Source of the DNA: Gnetum montanum
Taxonomy: Eukaryota; Plantae; Gnetophyta
DNA length: 64,000 nucleotides
Assembly (NCBI GenBank): GCA_015680685.1
Contig: MNCI01002732.1
Span: 78,744 to 142,743 of the forward strand
Direction of reading: 5' to 3'
Every line of letters begins with the position of its first letter. Positions within the stretch are counted from its first letter, which is position 1. The notes under the pieces are model-generated. The model ran no database searches and was not told the origin of the DNA. It was given only the letters and a program-made list of their open reading frames with translations. The position numbers and the translations under genes were made by a program. Below, one piece after another: positions 25,129 through 38,063 of this stretch.

Positions 25129-28100
25129 CTAACGTTCTAATGTGTCTATGCCACAGTTGTTGGCATGAGTTTCCTCAGTTCGTTCCATGCATATTTTTTT
25201 GCTCCCATGAGAAGCCGTCAACCACGGGGTGTCTACTACTTCTTGTGTGGTTGCTACGTACAGGCATCTTTGTTGCAGAGTTTCTTGGGCACACCTATTA
25301 CATGGAGACATTTCCTCCATGTCATCACCCGATGAATCACTGTATGTGATGCATGGAACTATCCTCTTCTCGATCTTTCCACATATGTTTATCTTAGAGA
25401 TTTCCAAGGAAAGATCACAGATCCTAAGGCATGCATCTACTGTGCTTAGCCATGCCCTTCCCATTATAATTGGGAAGTCCCCTTCGTTGTTGTTAATATC
25501 GATCACTAGGAAATCCGCTGGGTAGGACCAACCACACAAAGTGGTNNNNNNNNNNNNNNNNNNNNNNNNNNNNNNNNNNNNNNNNNNNNNNNNNNNNNNN
25601 NNNNNNNNNNNNNGATCTGCAAATAAATAAAGGGACTCCCAGGGTCAGTTAGTTTCCTGGGAAGGTGGCCTACCTTGATCCAGTCAGTTATGGTATGTGT
25701 TAGCATAACCGTATGCGTTACACTCCTTTGGACTGAAGGGTGCTCCGAAGTGTTAGATGGTGGAGGCATGTACATGGCCTCAACAACTTGTTGTTGCGAG
25801 AGTTTATCTGGGCTTTTGGTTCTGAAGTAAGGTCTTCTCTTTTTACTGTTGTCAGAACCATCAGCAGTTTGGATGTTTACAGCTCTCGCAGCGTGACGTT
25901 GTTGCGGTTGAGGAGGAAGTTCCCCTTGCATTGTTGGAGCAGGAGGTGTTATGGGAACTACTTGAGGTGGAAGAGGGGTAGTTGGATTAGGAGGATGGTG
26001 TGGATATGGAGTGTCTCTCAGAGGAGGAGTCCTTCTGAAGTACTCCCGAGCTTGGTAGTGACGGTTGGGGGTTGCATGACCCATAGAGTCACTTTGAGAA
26101 ATCGGCTGCTACACATAATATCCATAAGGATCGGGCTGCCGGTAAGGGTACTGCTGTTTCGGCAATGGCATCCCCCATGACTATGGGTATTGCCATTGCT
26201 GATGTTGTCCGATGGGTTGAGGAGGCGTTCCACTTGGATAATATGTCAAGGGTTGGTGGAACTGCCTTGGATTACCTTGTGGGTAAGGCAACCTTCGGGG
26301 TGTTTACCGTTGATTAAGTCTTGGATTTAATGCATACACCCCAGACTCCTGCAGATGTGAGATAATTGAACATCCCTTAGGATGGTCATAGTAGCAAACC
26401 TCACATCCACTATCATTTTCTGAATCAGAATTTACAGCCACATCGGAGTTAGTGATCTTTTCCTTATCCTTGTTATGTGCAGGGCTTAAATCTCTCCACT
26501 TTTTCTTTCCTTTGTCACTACTTTGCTCAACCTTAGACTCTTCTACAATTTTCAAGACTGTTTCTATTTTAGAGTCTAAGGAACTCCATACATCATCTAC
26601 CTTAGCCACTATTTCTGTTGTTAACTTTTGGAGTGACAAGGTTTTCCGGTTCACCAACTCTTCAATTGGTGACTCATCCTCCTCATCACAGAATTTTACT
26701 CCCTTCTTGCAAAGGGAGGGGTCACGGTTGTATTCTTCCACACTTTCTCTCTTCTGTAGCTCACCCTCTTCTTGCGCTACTTGTTCCAACAAGCTTTCAA
26801 CTTCATGGGCTCTTAGTTGGGAAAGTCTCCCTTGGGCGGAAGTCCCAAGAGTCCTTCTTGTTTCATTTCTTAGCCCATCCACGATGTGGTGAAGTTGATC
26901 CTGTTTCGCGTATCCATGGCCTGGGCAACGATGTAGCAGTGTATAATAACGGGCCATGGAAGCATCCACAGGTTCATGAGTACCTTGTTTCCAACCTTGG
27001 ATCTGCTTCCGCAAATTGGACACTCGGGAGTACGTTTGATATTTATTGTTGAACAATTCAAGCATCGTACTCCACCTCCTGATGGTTTCCGGTTCTAAGG
27101 ACCAGTACCAGCTCTCTGCTTCTTTAGTGAGTGTCCTAGGGAACAACTTGAGTTTCTGCCACTCATTATCTATGTTCTGCAAGGCACAGGCATCGTGGAA
27201 TGCCTATAGATGATGTTGAGGATCAGCGTTGTATCCCCCTTCAAAACATGAGATATTATTTATGTCCAAACTCTTGATCCTACTGTCTTTTAAATGCATT
27301 GTGGGGACCCTAACTGCCTCTGTTATGTTAAGCATGCTTTGGGTTGCGAGTAGGGGCTCATCATGATCATCTCTTTCATGACGTTTGTGATGTCTTCGTG
27401 GTGGTTCCCTACTCTCCCTACGTCCTTGCCCTTGTCCTAACTCCTCTCGACCTTCTTGTTGAGGTATTTCATCTTCCCTTTTACTTTTATTCTCCTCGTT
27501 ATGCTCACGATAGTTGCGCCCAGATGTGGAATGAGAGTGTGAATGGCGTGAAAAAGGGGAAGAAGAAGGGGAATCATCGCCATGACGATGTTTCTTACCT
27601 TCTCTTTGGCTGCTATGGCCCCAATCGTTGTGACGATCAAAGTGCTTGTCCTTAGCGTGAGTGGTTGTTCCCTCTATGAACAGCTGGTGTTCACGAGCAT
27701 CAGAACCAGGGATATGTATCGTTGATCTTAGGTTCTGATACTCATCCTCCTCACCATTGTTAGGAGGGGGAACATCTTTTTCTAAGGAACCCGTGATAAG
27801 GGGTTCCTCATCTTCTATTTCGCTAAGGACGTGTAGGGCTTTGCCTTCAAAAAGGTATGTTGGCTCTCTTGCCTTAAATCTCTCATACGTTGGGCATCTG
27901 TGGGGAAATAATCCGTCATGTCAAAATCATCTGCAACGTATTCAGCATAAAGTTCTTGCATGCCAATCTGTGCTAAGGCACGGAAGAGCATGTTGGAAAC
28001 TGAATGATCTGGGGGTAACACAATGTTACCTTGCAAATCTCTCCACCGCAGTTGTTCATCTTTTGGAATATACTCATCGGGATGAGTATAGACTATCTTG

Positions 28101-28198
28101 TACTGTTTAGGACTTGGCTGATTTTGGTTATTTTTTTTATGTTGCCGACTGTCTCTTGTATTATCCTTAGGTGAGTTGATTGTGTGAGAAGAAGCCAT
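25129..28198 (-). pseudogene. gag: gag-protease of G (stops/frameshifts; protease active site falls in the N gap)
   Basis: KLKLFPRTLTKEAESWY, HRCPGHGY, CEVCYYDHPKGC knuckle, KLTDPGSP, PADFLVID..PIIMGRAWL. Confidence 0.85.
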
Positions 28199-28321
28199 TT
28201 TTATGGTGTGCAGTTTTACCGTTATTTATGTTCTTGATTAACTGATTAACCCGAAGGTTTGTTAAAGCTCACAACGATGTGAGTGATATCCCTTATGTTC
28301 AATTAGCGTAAAAACACTTAG

Positions 28322-28339
28322 TCCCCGACAACGGTGCCA
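28322..28339 (-). promoter_or_regulatory. Primer binding site, tRNA-Asp type (TGGCACCGTTGTCGGGGA)
   Basis: Matches the Athila consensus TGGCGCCGTTGCCGGGGA with two transitions. Confidence 0.85.
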
Positions 28340-28340
28340 A

Positions 28341-29172
28341 TGATGAGTGGCAAGGTACCCCTACACTCAACCATACGAATACGAGCGTGTACGNNNNNNN
28401 NNNNNNNNNNNNNNNNNNNNNNNNNNNNNNNNNNNNNNNNNNNNNNNNNNNNNNNNNNNNNNNNNNNNNNNNNNNNNNNNNNNNNNNNNNNNNNNNNNNN
28501 NNNNNNNNNNNNNNNNNNNNNNNNNNNNNNNNNNNNNNNNNNNNNNNNNNNNNNNNNNNNNNNNNNNNNNNNNNNNNNNNNNNNNNNNNNNNNNNNNNNN
28601 NNNNNNNNNNNNNNNNNNNNNNNNNNNNNNNNNNNNNNNNNNNNNNNNNNNNNNNNNNNNNNNNNNNNNNNNNNNNNNNNNNNNNNNNNNNNNNNNNNNN
28701 NNNNNNNNNNNNNNNNNNNNNNNNNNNNNNNNNNNNNNNNNNNNNNNNNNNNNNNNNNNNNNNNNNNNNNNNNNNNNNNNNNNNNNNNNNNNNNNNNNNN
28801 NNNNNNNNNNNNNNNNNNNNNNNNNNNNNNNNNNNNNNNNNNNNNNNNNNNNNNNNNNNNNNNNNNNNNNNNNNNNNNNNNNNNNNNNNNNTTATTGCCA
28901 TACACAACTTGTGTTCAGGTTACAAAGTTGCTCGAATAAAGAGCCGTTCACTCTAGGACTCCTACTACAGGCACATGGGAAATTAATCTAACTCTGGAGT
29001 GTTCAAACTGCCAGAGCTTCACTACTTCTAGCCAGGATTAGGAAATGAAGGGAGTGCTGCCTCTTATTTATAGATATGGCAGCGGACTGTGATATCGTGT
29101 ACGCGATATCGCAGGGGACAACACGATATCGTGTACGCAATATCGCGGCTCAGTGCATATCGCGTCTCATCA
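28341..29172 (-). repeat. 5' LTR of G (inverted termini TGATGAG...CTCATCA; contains N gap)
   Basis: Adjacent to the PBS; its terminus is repeated at 23066-23120 next to the PPT-like ATGGGGGTA. Confidence 0.8.
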
Positions 29173-30319
29173 CATGGTACATGTGTTAAGGGTGATTCAC
29201 TTTTTAGCTACAACTCTAAGCAAAAAGGCTCCTAGAGAAAGCTGAAAATTTGATTTGTTTTCTACAGTATTAATTTTTTTTGTTTTGAAAGCTCAATGAT
29301 GGAAAGCTTTCAACTTTTTGTTGTTATTTGTTCTTTATTTTTTGATTGATGTATTCTTTTATCTTTAAAGAGCATTTTCTCCTTCTCTTTACAAGAAACC
29401 CTTTACTAAGAAGTGAAAACTTATGAGGGTGCTTTTGCATAAGGGCAAGTCATAATCCTTTTCTTACCCTAAGGGGGGAGATTTTTTAGAATTGGGTGTA
29501 AGGATAAAATCCTAAAAGGTATCTCAAAATCATTGAGCTTTTTCTTTAGACTCTTTAATATACTGTGAAATTTTTTTGAATATTATTATTCATTTTTTGA
29601 ATTTGTAGTAAGGCTCTCAATTTGATATATGTCTAAGTGAATATTGTAAAAAAACAAACAATTTGGGCTTACAAGCACCTCTTCTCTCTAGAAAAAAAAT
29701 AAAATAAAATATTTATTTATTTATTTATTTGTTGTTTGGTAAGGAACAATTAAGCTGAAATGAGGCAAACACATCAATTTATACATTATGAACCTTAGCT
29801 CTTAAGTACTACAAGATAAACCCTCACCAAAATCCTTGCATGCAAACCCTACACAAAAGGACTAGTCCAACTTTCTAGTGATGACAATGAGGAGATGAAG
29901 CTATAGTTGGAGGATTAGTCCATTTCAGTGCAATAGTGTTGTAGGCTGAGAAGGTCATTTTCTGATCTAAAATGTGTAAGAAAATAATTGTGCAAAAAAC
30001 CAGATGGCACAAGTAATCAAAGTACAAAATGCAAAAGCAAATGACACAAGAAATTCACATGCATAAATAACTAGAAATGCATAATTCTTGAGCAAATGGA
30101 ACTGACCTCCAGCCATTGATGTCTTATATTAAATTTGGTGTTCTAATTCTTCTTTCACACAAGCACTCTACAACAATGGTGTATGCAATCTTCAAGCATC
30201 TGTGAAAGAGACCAGAATTGCAATCCTATTGTGATTTTTGATACCTTTATTCTCCCATCAAGAACAAATTTATAGGCCACAAAATTGGTTGCCATAAGAG
30301 ATCCAATGCCAACACGTAA

Positions 30320-30500
30320 AAAATGCATTACTAGATATGAAGAGCTCCTTGATGCATTAACCAACTCATAAAAATGCATTAGTGGGTACGGTGCCACTTT
30401 CATGCATTAACTAACCCATAAAAATGCATTAGTGGGCATGGTGGTCACTTTCTTGCATTAACTAATGCATAAAGCATGTTAGTGGGTAACACATGCTACA
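30320..30500 (-). repeat. Start of the 3' LTR of copia H, with ~3 tandem ~50-bp units
   Basis: PPT CCAAGTGGGAGAT (30501-30513, minus) followed by TGTAGC; repeated aaaaatgcattagtggg...atgcattaac. The far LTR end was not located. Confidence 0.6.
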
Positions 30501-30799
30501 ATCTCCCACTTGGTCTCCATATTTAATTCGGTTCAAAGTTCAAGAAATAAATGCATGAATTATCGTGATAGTTCCTCTTAATGTGAGTATTATCTTCCAT
30601 GTATTACAATGCGTCATCTTTCAAACGTAATTCCTTATTTGGTAACTTAACTTTATGAATGAACCCAATGTTCATTCTAGGTCCTACCATATGTGTATTT
30701 TCTCTAATAACTATATGCATAGACCATATGAGAAATAGCATAACTAAATAAGAGTTTCATCAAGATTGTAATTTGTATGTACAATAAATTACATTATGG

Positions 30800-31495
30800 A
30801 ATCAAGTCCCATATGAACTACATGATCCTTAAATGACTTTGGTGGCATTCGTTTTGTGAAAGGATCAACTATCATTAATTCAATGCTTATATGCACAATG
30901 ACTAGTTTGTTTTTCTTAATGTGTTCCCTTATGGATAAGTACTTGATGTTGATGTGTTTACTTCAACTGTCACTCTTATTATTCTTAGCCATAAAGGTAG
31001 TAGCTGAATTATCACAAAACATTCTTAATGGCCTAGATATAGAATCCAAAATTCTAAGCCTTGATATGAAACTCTTTAGCCATACACCATGTGAGGTATC
31101 CTCAAAATAAGAGACGAACTTTGCCTCCATGGTGGAAGTAGCAACCAAAGTTTGCTTTCCACTCCTCCAAGATATAGCTCCTCCAACTAGCATAAAAACA
31201 TAACTAGATGTTGATTTTCGTCAATCAACACAACGAGCAAAGTTTGAGTCAAAGTAGCCAGTCACCTCCAAGGAGTTAGTTCACTTATACATAAGCATGT
31301 AGTCTTGTGTACCTTGAAGGTACCTCATCACTTTCTTTGCAGCCCTCCAGTGGTCAATACATGGATTACTCTAATATATGCTAAATGTTCCCATAGCGAA
31401 TGCAATGTTAGGTCTTGTGTAGACTTGAGCATACATAAGGCTTCCAATAGATGAAGCATACAGAATGTTGCTCATCTGAATTTTCTCTAAATCAT
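30800..31495 (-). pseudogene. pol: Ty1/copia element H: end of RT and RNase H (TAR-like), 5'-truncated
   Basis: YASSIGSLMYAQVYTRP, GGAISWRSGKQTLVATSTMEA, FCDNSA, KHINIKYL. Confidence 0.85.
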
Positions 31496-32374
31496 GAGAC
31501 AAAAATGGGATTTTAAAACCAACTAGTGGAAAGAGGTTCTTTCAAGTTTTATGATAAACAAGACACTATGCAATAGAAAACTAAGCTTGGTTGCATTTTC
31601 TATTCATGTTCAATTAAATAAATTTTGGGTACATATATATTGAGGGAAGTAGAGAGACATACTAAACTAGCCAGTGAACAAGGAAAACATGTTATAAGAG
31701 AGGGTGCATTGAAAGTGCAAAGTTCTTTAATAGTATACAATTTTCCAAGTCAAATTAAAACTAGGGATGAATTTTTAAAGATTTTTATTTAATGAGAAAA
31801 ATGAATGTGGAAGCTTAAAAGTCATTTTTTATTTCATGTTTAATAAAGGATTTGAAAGATCGATATCCTTGTGAAAGGCAATTAAAAATGCACTATAAGA
31901 AAAGAATGGGCAAGTTCAAAAGAATGGGCAAAGAAACTGACTTCAAATAATTTACAATGGTGGTTACCCATTTCTATATGAAGTTTCCATTTTTCCATTT
32001 CTCTTTTCCATGGATTATGCTAAAATATTTTAGTGAATATCACCTTTATGATTTTGATGAACTGAAAATATTTTGATAATTCTCTTGATGGTTGGTGAAA
32101 TTTGATAAATAATTTCTTTGCATATTGTCATTCTATTCTCGCCAACTTTGTGGATATTCTTACTAACAAAATCATCACCATAATCAATAGGGAAGATTTT
32201 TGATTAAGAATTAATAGAATTATAGACTCAAATAACTTGATGCTTTTGGCTCAAGCAATTTGTCCAAAGTGTCCTATTGTAACTTTTGATCCAACAACTG
32301 GTTCAAAGTGTCAAATTGTGGCTGTAACCCATGGGGTGGAGGGCTTTAGCCACAAAAAACCTAGGAGTTATCTT

Positions 32375-32640
32375 GGTATATAAGATTTGAACCATCATGA
32401 GGAAAGGACTTCTTGAATTTAATTATGCTTGGGAAATTGTTAAATTGTAATAGCATTAAATTGTCTTCAATGGTATATAAGATTTTATAGAGCATCATGA
32501 GGAAATGACTTCTTGAATTTCATTATGCTTGGGAAATTGTAAAATTGTAATATCATTAAATTGTCTTCAATGGTATATAAGATCTTTGTGGAGCATCATN
32601 TGGACTTTTTGAATTTAATTATGCTTGGGAAATTGTAAAA
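32375..32640 (+). repeat. ~100-bp tandem repeat, ~2.7 copies
   Basis: ggtatataagat...catcatgaggaaa...ttgaattt.attatgcttgggaaattgt repeated at ~32375, ~32472 and ~32572. Confidence 0.8.
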
Positions 32641-35600
32641 TCCCTATCATAGCTTTCAATTGAAGTAACATGAAATATAAAAGAAACATGTTGAAAGGAA
32701 TTTAAAGATTCTTGGGAAATTGTAAAATTTGAATTTGATCACTATCCCACAATATTTGCAACTAAATTTGATGAAAAAGATATCAGCCCTACCATCCCTC
32801 AATTGAAGGAATATGAAAGAAGAAGAAAAGAATGATTTGCAAATATGATCATCTTCAATGTTTTACAACCCATTGTAAAAAGAATATGTCCTTTGAAATC
32901 TTCCAAAGGAAGACTTCATCATGATTAACATTACCATGGCATGCTTGAAAAAGCATACCCTAAACTAACCAATTTAAGAACACTTGCTCATAATTTAATT
33001 TGGCAAGCTTGAAATCAAACGAGGTGAGCCCATTGAGTAATTTATTCAATAATTTTTTGTTAGAAGGTGCAATTGTTTAAGACATGCTTGTAAATATGGA
33101 TGTAGCTTCACACAAACCAAAAAGTTCAAAAAGGTAGTTGTTATCTTGTATAATGATCATAGATATTAAAATACTAAAATTGAAACTAAACTTTAAATTT
33201 TTTTACGTATGTAGACTATTTGGATCTATTGAACATATACATGCTATTAGTTTTGAAAATATCATTAGGGAAATTACCAAGTATTTGTACATGGAAAATA
33301 GCTCCCTTGAGGTATTTTTGTGCAGAATAATAAGAAGGTTTGTATTTTGTAGCATTAGAAACTTGCAAGTTTATCTTTGCAACTTTGACTTTTTTGTAAT
33401 TTGTTGCTCCAATTAATAATTTGGAAGTTCCAAGTTATGGGTTCAATTTTGGTGTGCAAAATTGAGTTATAAAGTTCTAATTTGACACCATCTCCTCCCA
33501 TCTTGTCCCTTTAAAAAAAGAAAGGAATTTTGTGTAAAGTTAGGATTTTAATCATTTATTATTGATGATTTGACTTCACAAATTAAAAACCTTGAAAATT
33601 TGATAAATGACAATAATAATAATAATAAGCAATTACAAGATCATCAAATAGAGGCTTAATGCTCATCCTACCAAGGTAGTGTCCTGAGAGGATAGTGGAT
33701 GAGCAAAACCCTAATCTCTTTCAAGTGGCTACACCTATAATAATAAGGAAACATAGATGTTAAAAAATAAAATAATAACATTGAAGAAGAATGAGGATGA
33801 TTCATTTCAAGATGAGGCATTGAAGTAAAATAATGGTTCAAACATGGCTTTCCTTGCAATTATGTGTTCAAACCTAAATGTCCCAAGAAACAAGATGTTA
33901 ATATTGAGAACACTGAAGGAGGGTCGATTTACAAATATTTTTGCTTTATTAGTTGATAACTCTTTAAAAAAATATACACGGATTATTGATGATTTTGTTG
34001 AATTTGAAACATTAGATGATTTTGGCTCCATTCATATTAGATGGAGACATTTAAAATTGAAGGAAGAGGTAAAGTCCTAAAGATTGAACTCTAAGAAATA
34101 TCTCTTGTGTATATCATGTACCCAAACATACAATGAGTTTATTCTTTGTAAGTAAGTTTTGTAACCATTTACGTGTTATGGAAAAGAAACGATTTCAATG
34201 TAATCGTTTACGCATTATGGAAAGTTTCAATGTAACTGTTTATGTGTTATTAAAAACAAATGGTTTTAGATTTAAAACCAACTAAATTTGTTGTAATGGT
34301 TTTCACAAGAATGGTCTCATATTTCCCATTTAAATTAGAAGTTAATCCTTGGTAATTGATTTTTTGGCCTATAAAATGTTCTTGATGGGAGAACAAACAT
34401 GCACTAGAAGATATCAAACTCATGGCAATGTTACAATTTTTGGGTCCTTATCACAAACACTCAGAGCCTACATAAACCATTGTTGTTGAGTATTAGTGTG
34501 ATAGAAGAATCTAAAACACTCTTTGAAACATGTTCACACAATCCAAATGAGAGCATCAATGGCTAGAGGTTAGTTTCGGTTTATTTTTTACATTTTGGTG
34601 ATTTTGTACAATTTGGTTAGATGCACATTTGATCAATGTTTTACAAAAAAAATTTCTCACAAATTTGACACTATAGGTCTAACTATCATATTTAAAAATT
34701 GTAAATATCAAATCCTACAATTATCTTTACCTTTGGCCATAGTTAAGAAGGTTGTATAGATTAGAAGTAAGGACATTGTAATACAAGTTTAGCATGCTAG
34801 TTATTGTTGACTTATAGTCACACATTGATCTTTGGCATAGAAGCGTCAGACATCTAAGTAAAAGAGGATTAAAGAAACTACATAAAAAGGTAAAATTAAC
34901 TTTATAGAATATTCTTTTAAATTTTTGTTCTCACTACCTACAAAGTAAAATAATACATTCAAGAATTCCAAGAAGTAATTCTAAAGTTAATATAGTGTTA
35001 GAGTTAGTACATAATGATGTATGTGAACTGGTTAAGTACTTCCAAATATGTTTACTAGGAGGTGGTACATATTATGTCTCAGTTATTGATGATTTTTCAT
35101 GGAAAATCTTGGATCTATTTAATGAAACATAAGCCTAAGTTTTTAAAATAAGTTAAAGAGTCCAAAGCTCTTGTTGAAAATTATTCAAGAAAGAAAATTA
35201 AAGTTCTTAAAAGAGATAGTGGTGGTGATTTTGGCTCTTATTCTTTTGGTAATTTTTGTAAATAACATGACATATATAGGTAAAAGAAAAATCCATGAAC
35301 TCTTGAACAGAATGGAGCAGTTGACCATTTTAATAGAATGTTGATGGAATGAATTATATGCATGCTAAGTGAAGTTGGTGTTGGAAAACATTTTTGAGTT
35401 GAAGCAATGATGACTACTTGATATCCCATTAATAAGTCATCATCTTTTGTACTTGAAAATGTTTTAGAAGAAATATGGAGTTGTAAGCCTATCAATTTGA
35501 ATTATCTTTGAGTTTTTGGACGTTAAGCTTATGTACATATTCCTTAGCTATGATGATGGGGTAAAAGCTTATAAGGTGTATAACCTAGAAACTATGAGGG

Positions 35601-36558
35601 CTATCTATAGCCACAATACAATATTTAGAAAGGGTTGTGGATATATAAAGAATAAGCTCTCTACGAATATAACACTTAAGCATGTATCTTTCTAGATTAA
35701 TAAAAAAAATTTAGCAAATCATCCTCCCTTTTTAGTAGAATACATTGCTCATAACCAACAAGATGGTATGAATGATATACAAGAATTAAGTATAAGGGAA
35801 TCTTTGAGTGAATATGAGAACATAGAGTATCATCACGATCTTATATCAAGTTTACAACCATTAACATGGTGTAGTCATATAAGAAAATTAGCCACTAGAT
35901 TTGAAGATCAAATTTTAATTATTGAAGTTAAACTACTTACTTATGATGAAGTGTGTATATTCCTTTACCATAAAGAGTGAAAGCAAGCAATCAATGGTGA
36001 AATTCATTCTATTTATAAAAATAAGACATGGAAATTGGTTAAACTATTATCTAGTAGAAAACCAATTAGATGTAACTAGGTATTCAAAATTACATTTGGT
36101 GACCAATTTTAAGCACATATTGTAGCAAACTAAGGTTATTCCCAAAAGAAGAGAATTGATTATCATGGAATCTTCTCCCCTATGGTAAAATTAACATCCA
36201 TTAAATCATTGTGTTTAATCGCAATAACTTATGATCTAGAACTTAAATAAATGAATGTAAATTTTTTTTTTCCTCAATGGAAATCTTGAGGAGGAAATAT
36301 ATATGCTTTAACATAAACAATAATAATTGAAAGGGAAAGAGCATATAGTGTGTTGATTGTTAAGATCATTGTATGGACTCAAAAAAATACCAAGAATGTT
36401 GAATAAAAAATTTAATGAGCATATGTTAAGGATTGATTTCATTATAAGTTAGGAAGATTCCTATTTATTTGTCAAAAATAAAAGGAAAAGTGTTTAATTT
36501 TATTGCTATATGTTGATGACTTGTTAATAGTAGGAAGTAACAAGAATAACATTAAAGG

Positions 36559-37825
36559 CACTGTGAAATTTCAAGACCTCGATGATTTCGCAAAGTCTCG
36601 AAGTTTAGGCAAGGATTTCCACAAGCGTAGTGTCAAGACATCCAAACGATGGAAGCACCGAAAATAGTTGCACATCTCAGCAAGTTTTCTTTTTTTGGCC
36701 GAGAGCTTGCTACGCTACGCTACACAGCTCAATGTAGTAGACTTTAGAAGGGCAGAATAGAACAAGCAATGCACGATGACAACACTTCAACTTTTCAAGT
36801 TAACCATGCTTCAAAGCCTTAACTTTTTGCGTGTTACACCGTGTTACGTTATGCAACATAGCGCAGCATAACGTAAGTAGCACAATTGAAATAGCTGCAA
36901 CAACAAGGATAAAAAAATTCAAATAGTAGCAGTCATTATGCCATGATATGCTTCCTAGCGTATTACAGTGTGGCCACAAGGTGGTTATGCTATGCTACGC
37001 TTCAAAGCGTGGCATAGCATAGCATCACGAGCTTTAACTACAGCACGCCCAGTCAACGACATTCTTTGGGCCCAGGACACGTGTCACCTAAACCACGTTC
37101 TTCTCCTAACCCTAATCCTATAAATACCTTGGTGAATAATGCTCAAAGGGTTGGTGGATCGATTGGTGGGTTGGTTTGTTGGCTAGCTGGCGAAAAAAAC
37201 AAAAAGAGATCGAAAAATTTAAGGTAGTTGACGAAAGTTGGCAAGAGCATCAATGGTGAGAGAGAAAAGCTTTTGGCTAGATATTGCAAGTTAGCGAACA
37301 TCTTGCTTTGAGCCTAACTCCCTTATGCCTAGATTGGCTAGTGAACAAGGTAGATTGGCCTTTTTCTTGTTTAATCTCTAAATAGCTTCTTGTTGGTGGC
37401 GGATACTTTGTCCTAACCAGAGTCTGCCTGCAAATCTTGTTGTATTCATCATATTTTTTCATAAGACAGATCCCAGATCTCGGGATCATGAATTTTCTAA
37501 ATTCGATTCATTACATCCTATTTACATTGATTTTTACAGTCGTGTTGCATAGTTTATATCATTTTCATTGCCTTCAAGATCCAATCTTAGAGTAGATCTC
37601 ATTTTCCCATCAGTTGATATTACGTTCTCATATCAAATCGTCATCTCGTTATACGACCATTAACAAAATTTACTAACCAAGTAAGTCCCTGTCTAATCGA
37701 CAAAACTGTTCATGGCACCTTGAATTCATTTTCTCCACCACTGCCCTTGCACGGATCCAGGGTTGAAACTGTGTACATGAAAATCTTCTTGGTGTTTCCA
37801 GCAACTGACATTTTCTATTGTTACA
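36559..37825 (+). repeat. 5' LTR of C
   Basis: Matches 51744-52401 and 54627-54803; TATAAATA at ~37119; ends TTACA just before the PBS. Confidence 0.9.
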
Positions 37826-37831
37826 GTATTC

Positions 37832-37861
37832 TGGTGCTAGAAGGAGGGCCTGAACCTCCGA
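37832..37861 (+). promoter_or_regulatory. Primer binding site, tRNA-Asn(GTT), extended to 30 nt
   Basis: tggtgctagaaggagggcctgaacctccga is complementary to the plant tRNA-Asn 3' end (..TCGGAGGTTCRANCCCTCCTTCTAGCG-CCA, recalled from memory). Confidence 0.8.
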
Positions 37862-38063
37862 TCTACATTTCACGGGTAGTCCTGTAAGCTGTTTGTACCC
37901 ATTATCGACTAACGTAAATGCGATACCTCCATGGTTGTTTACGTGATCGTGTGGTATAGATCGGTCACTCCAACGATTCCTCTGGAATCCAGCAGGATAG
38001 AAAGCCCATGTTTGCCTTTGTGATCTTTATCCCCATTAGCATTACCTTCTAGCTACATAGAGA

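Larger units (their letters stand above)
22548..29172 (-). mobile_element. Athila-like non-autonomous element G (LTR-PBS-gag-PR-3' region-LTR; no RT/RH/INT visible), with assembly gaps
   Basis: Both LTR copies share ...cagtgcatatcgcgtctcatca (ending 23120 and 29172). tRNA-Asp PBS, gag and protease ORFs present. The 3' region matches F ~16500-17700. Confidence 0.85.

Noticed and set aside
22543-28991. Long X-containing ORFs
   Set aside because: They span N gaps (22548-23065, 24515-24951, 25546-25613, 28394-28891).
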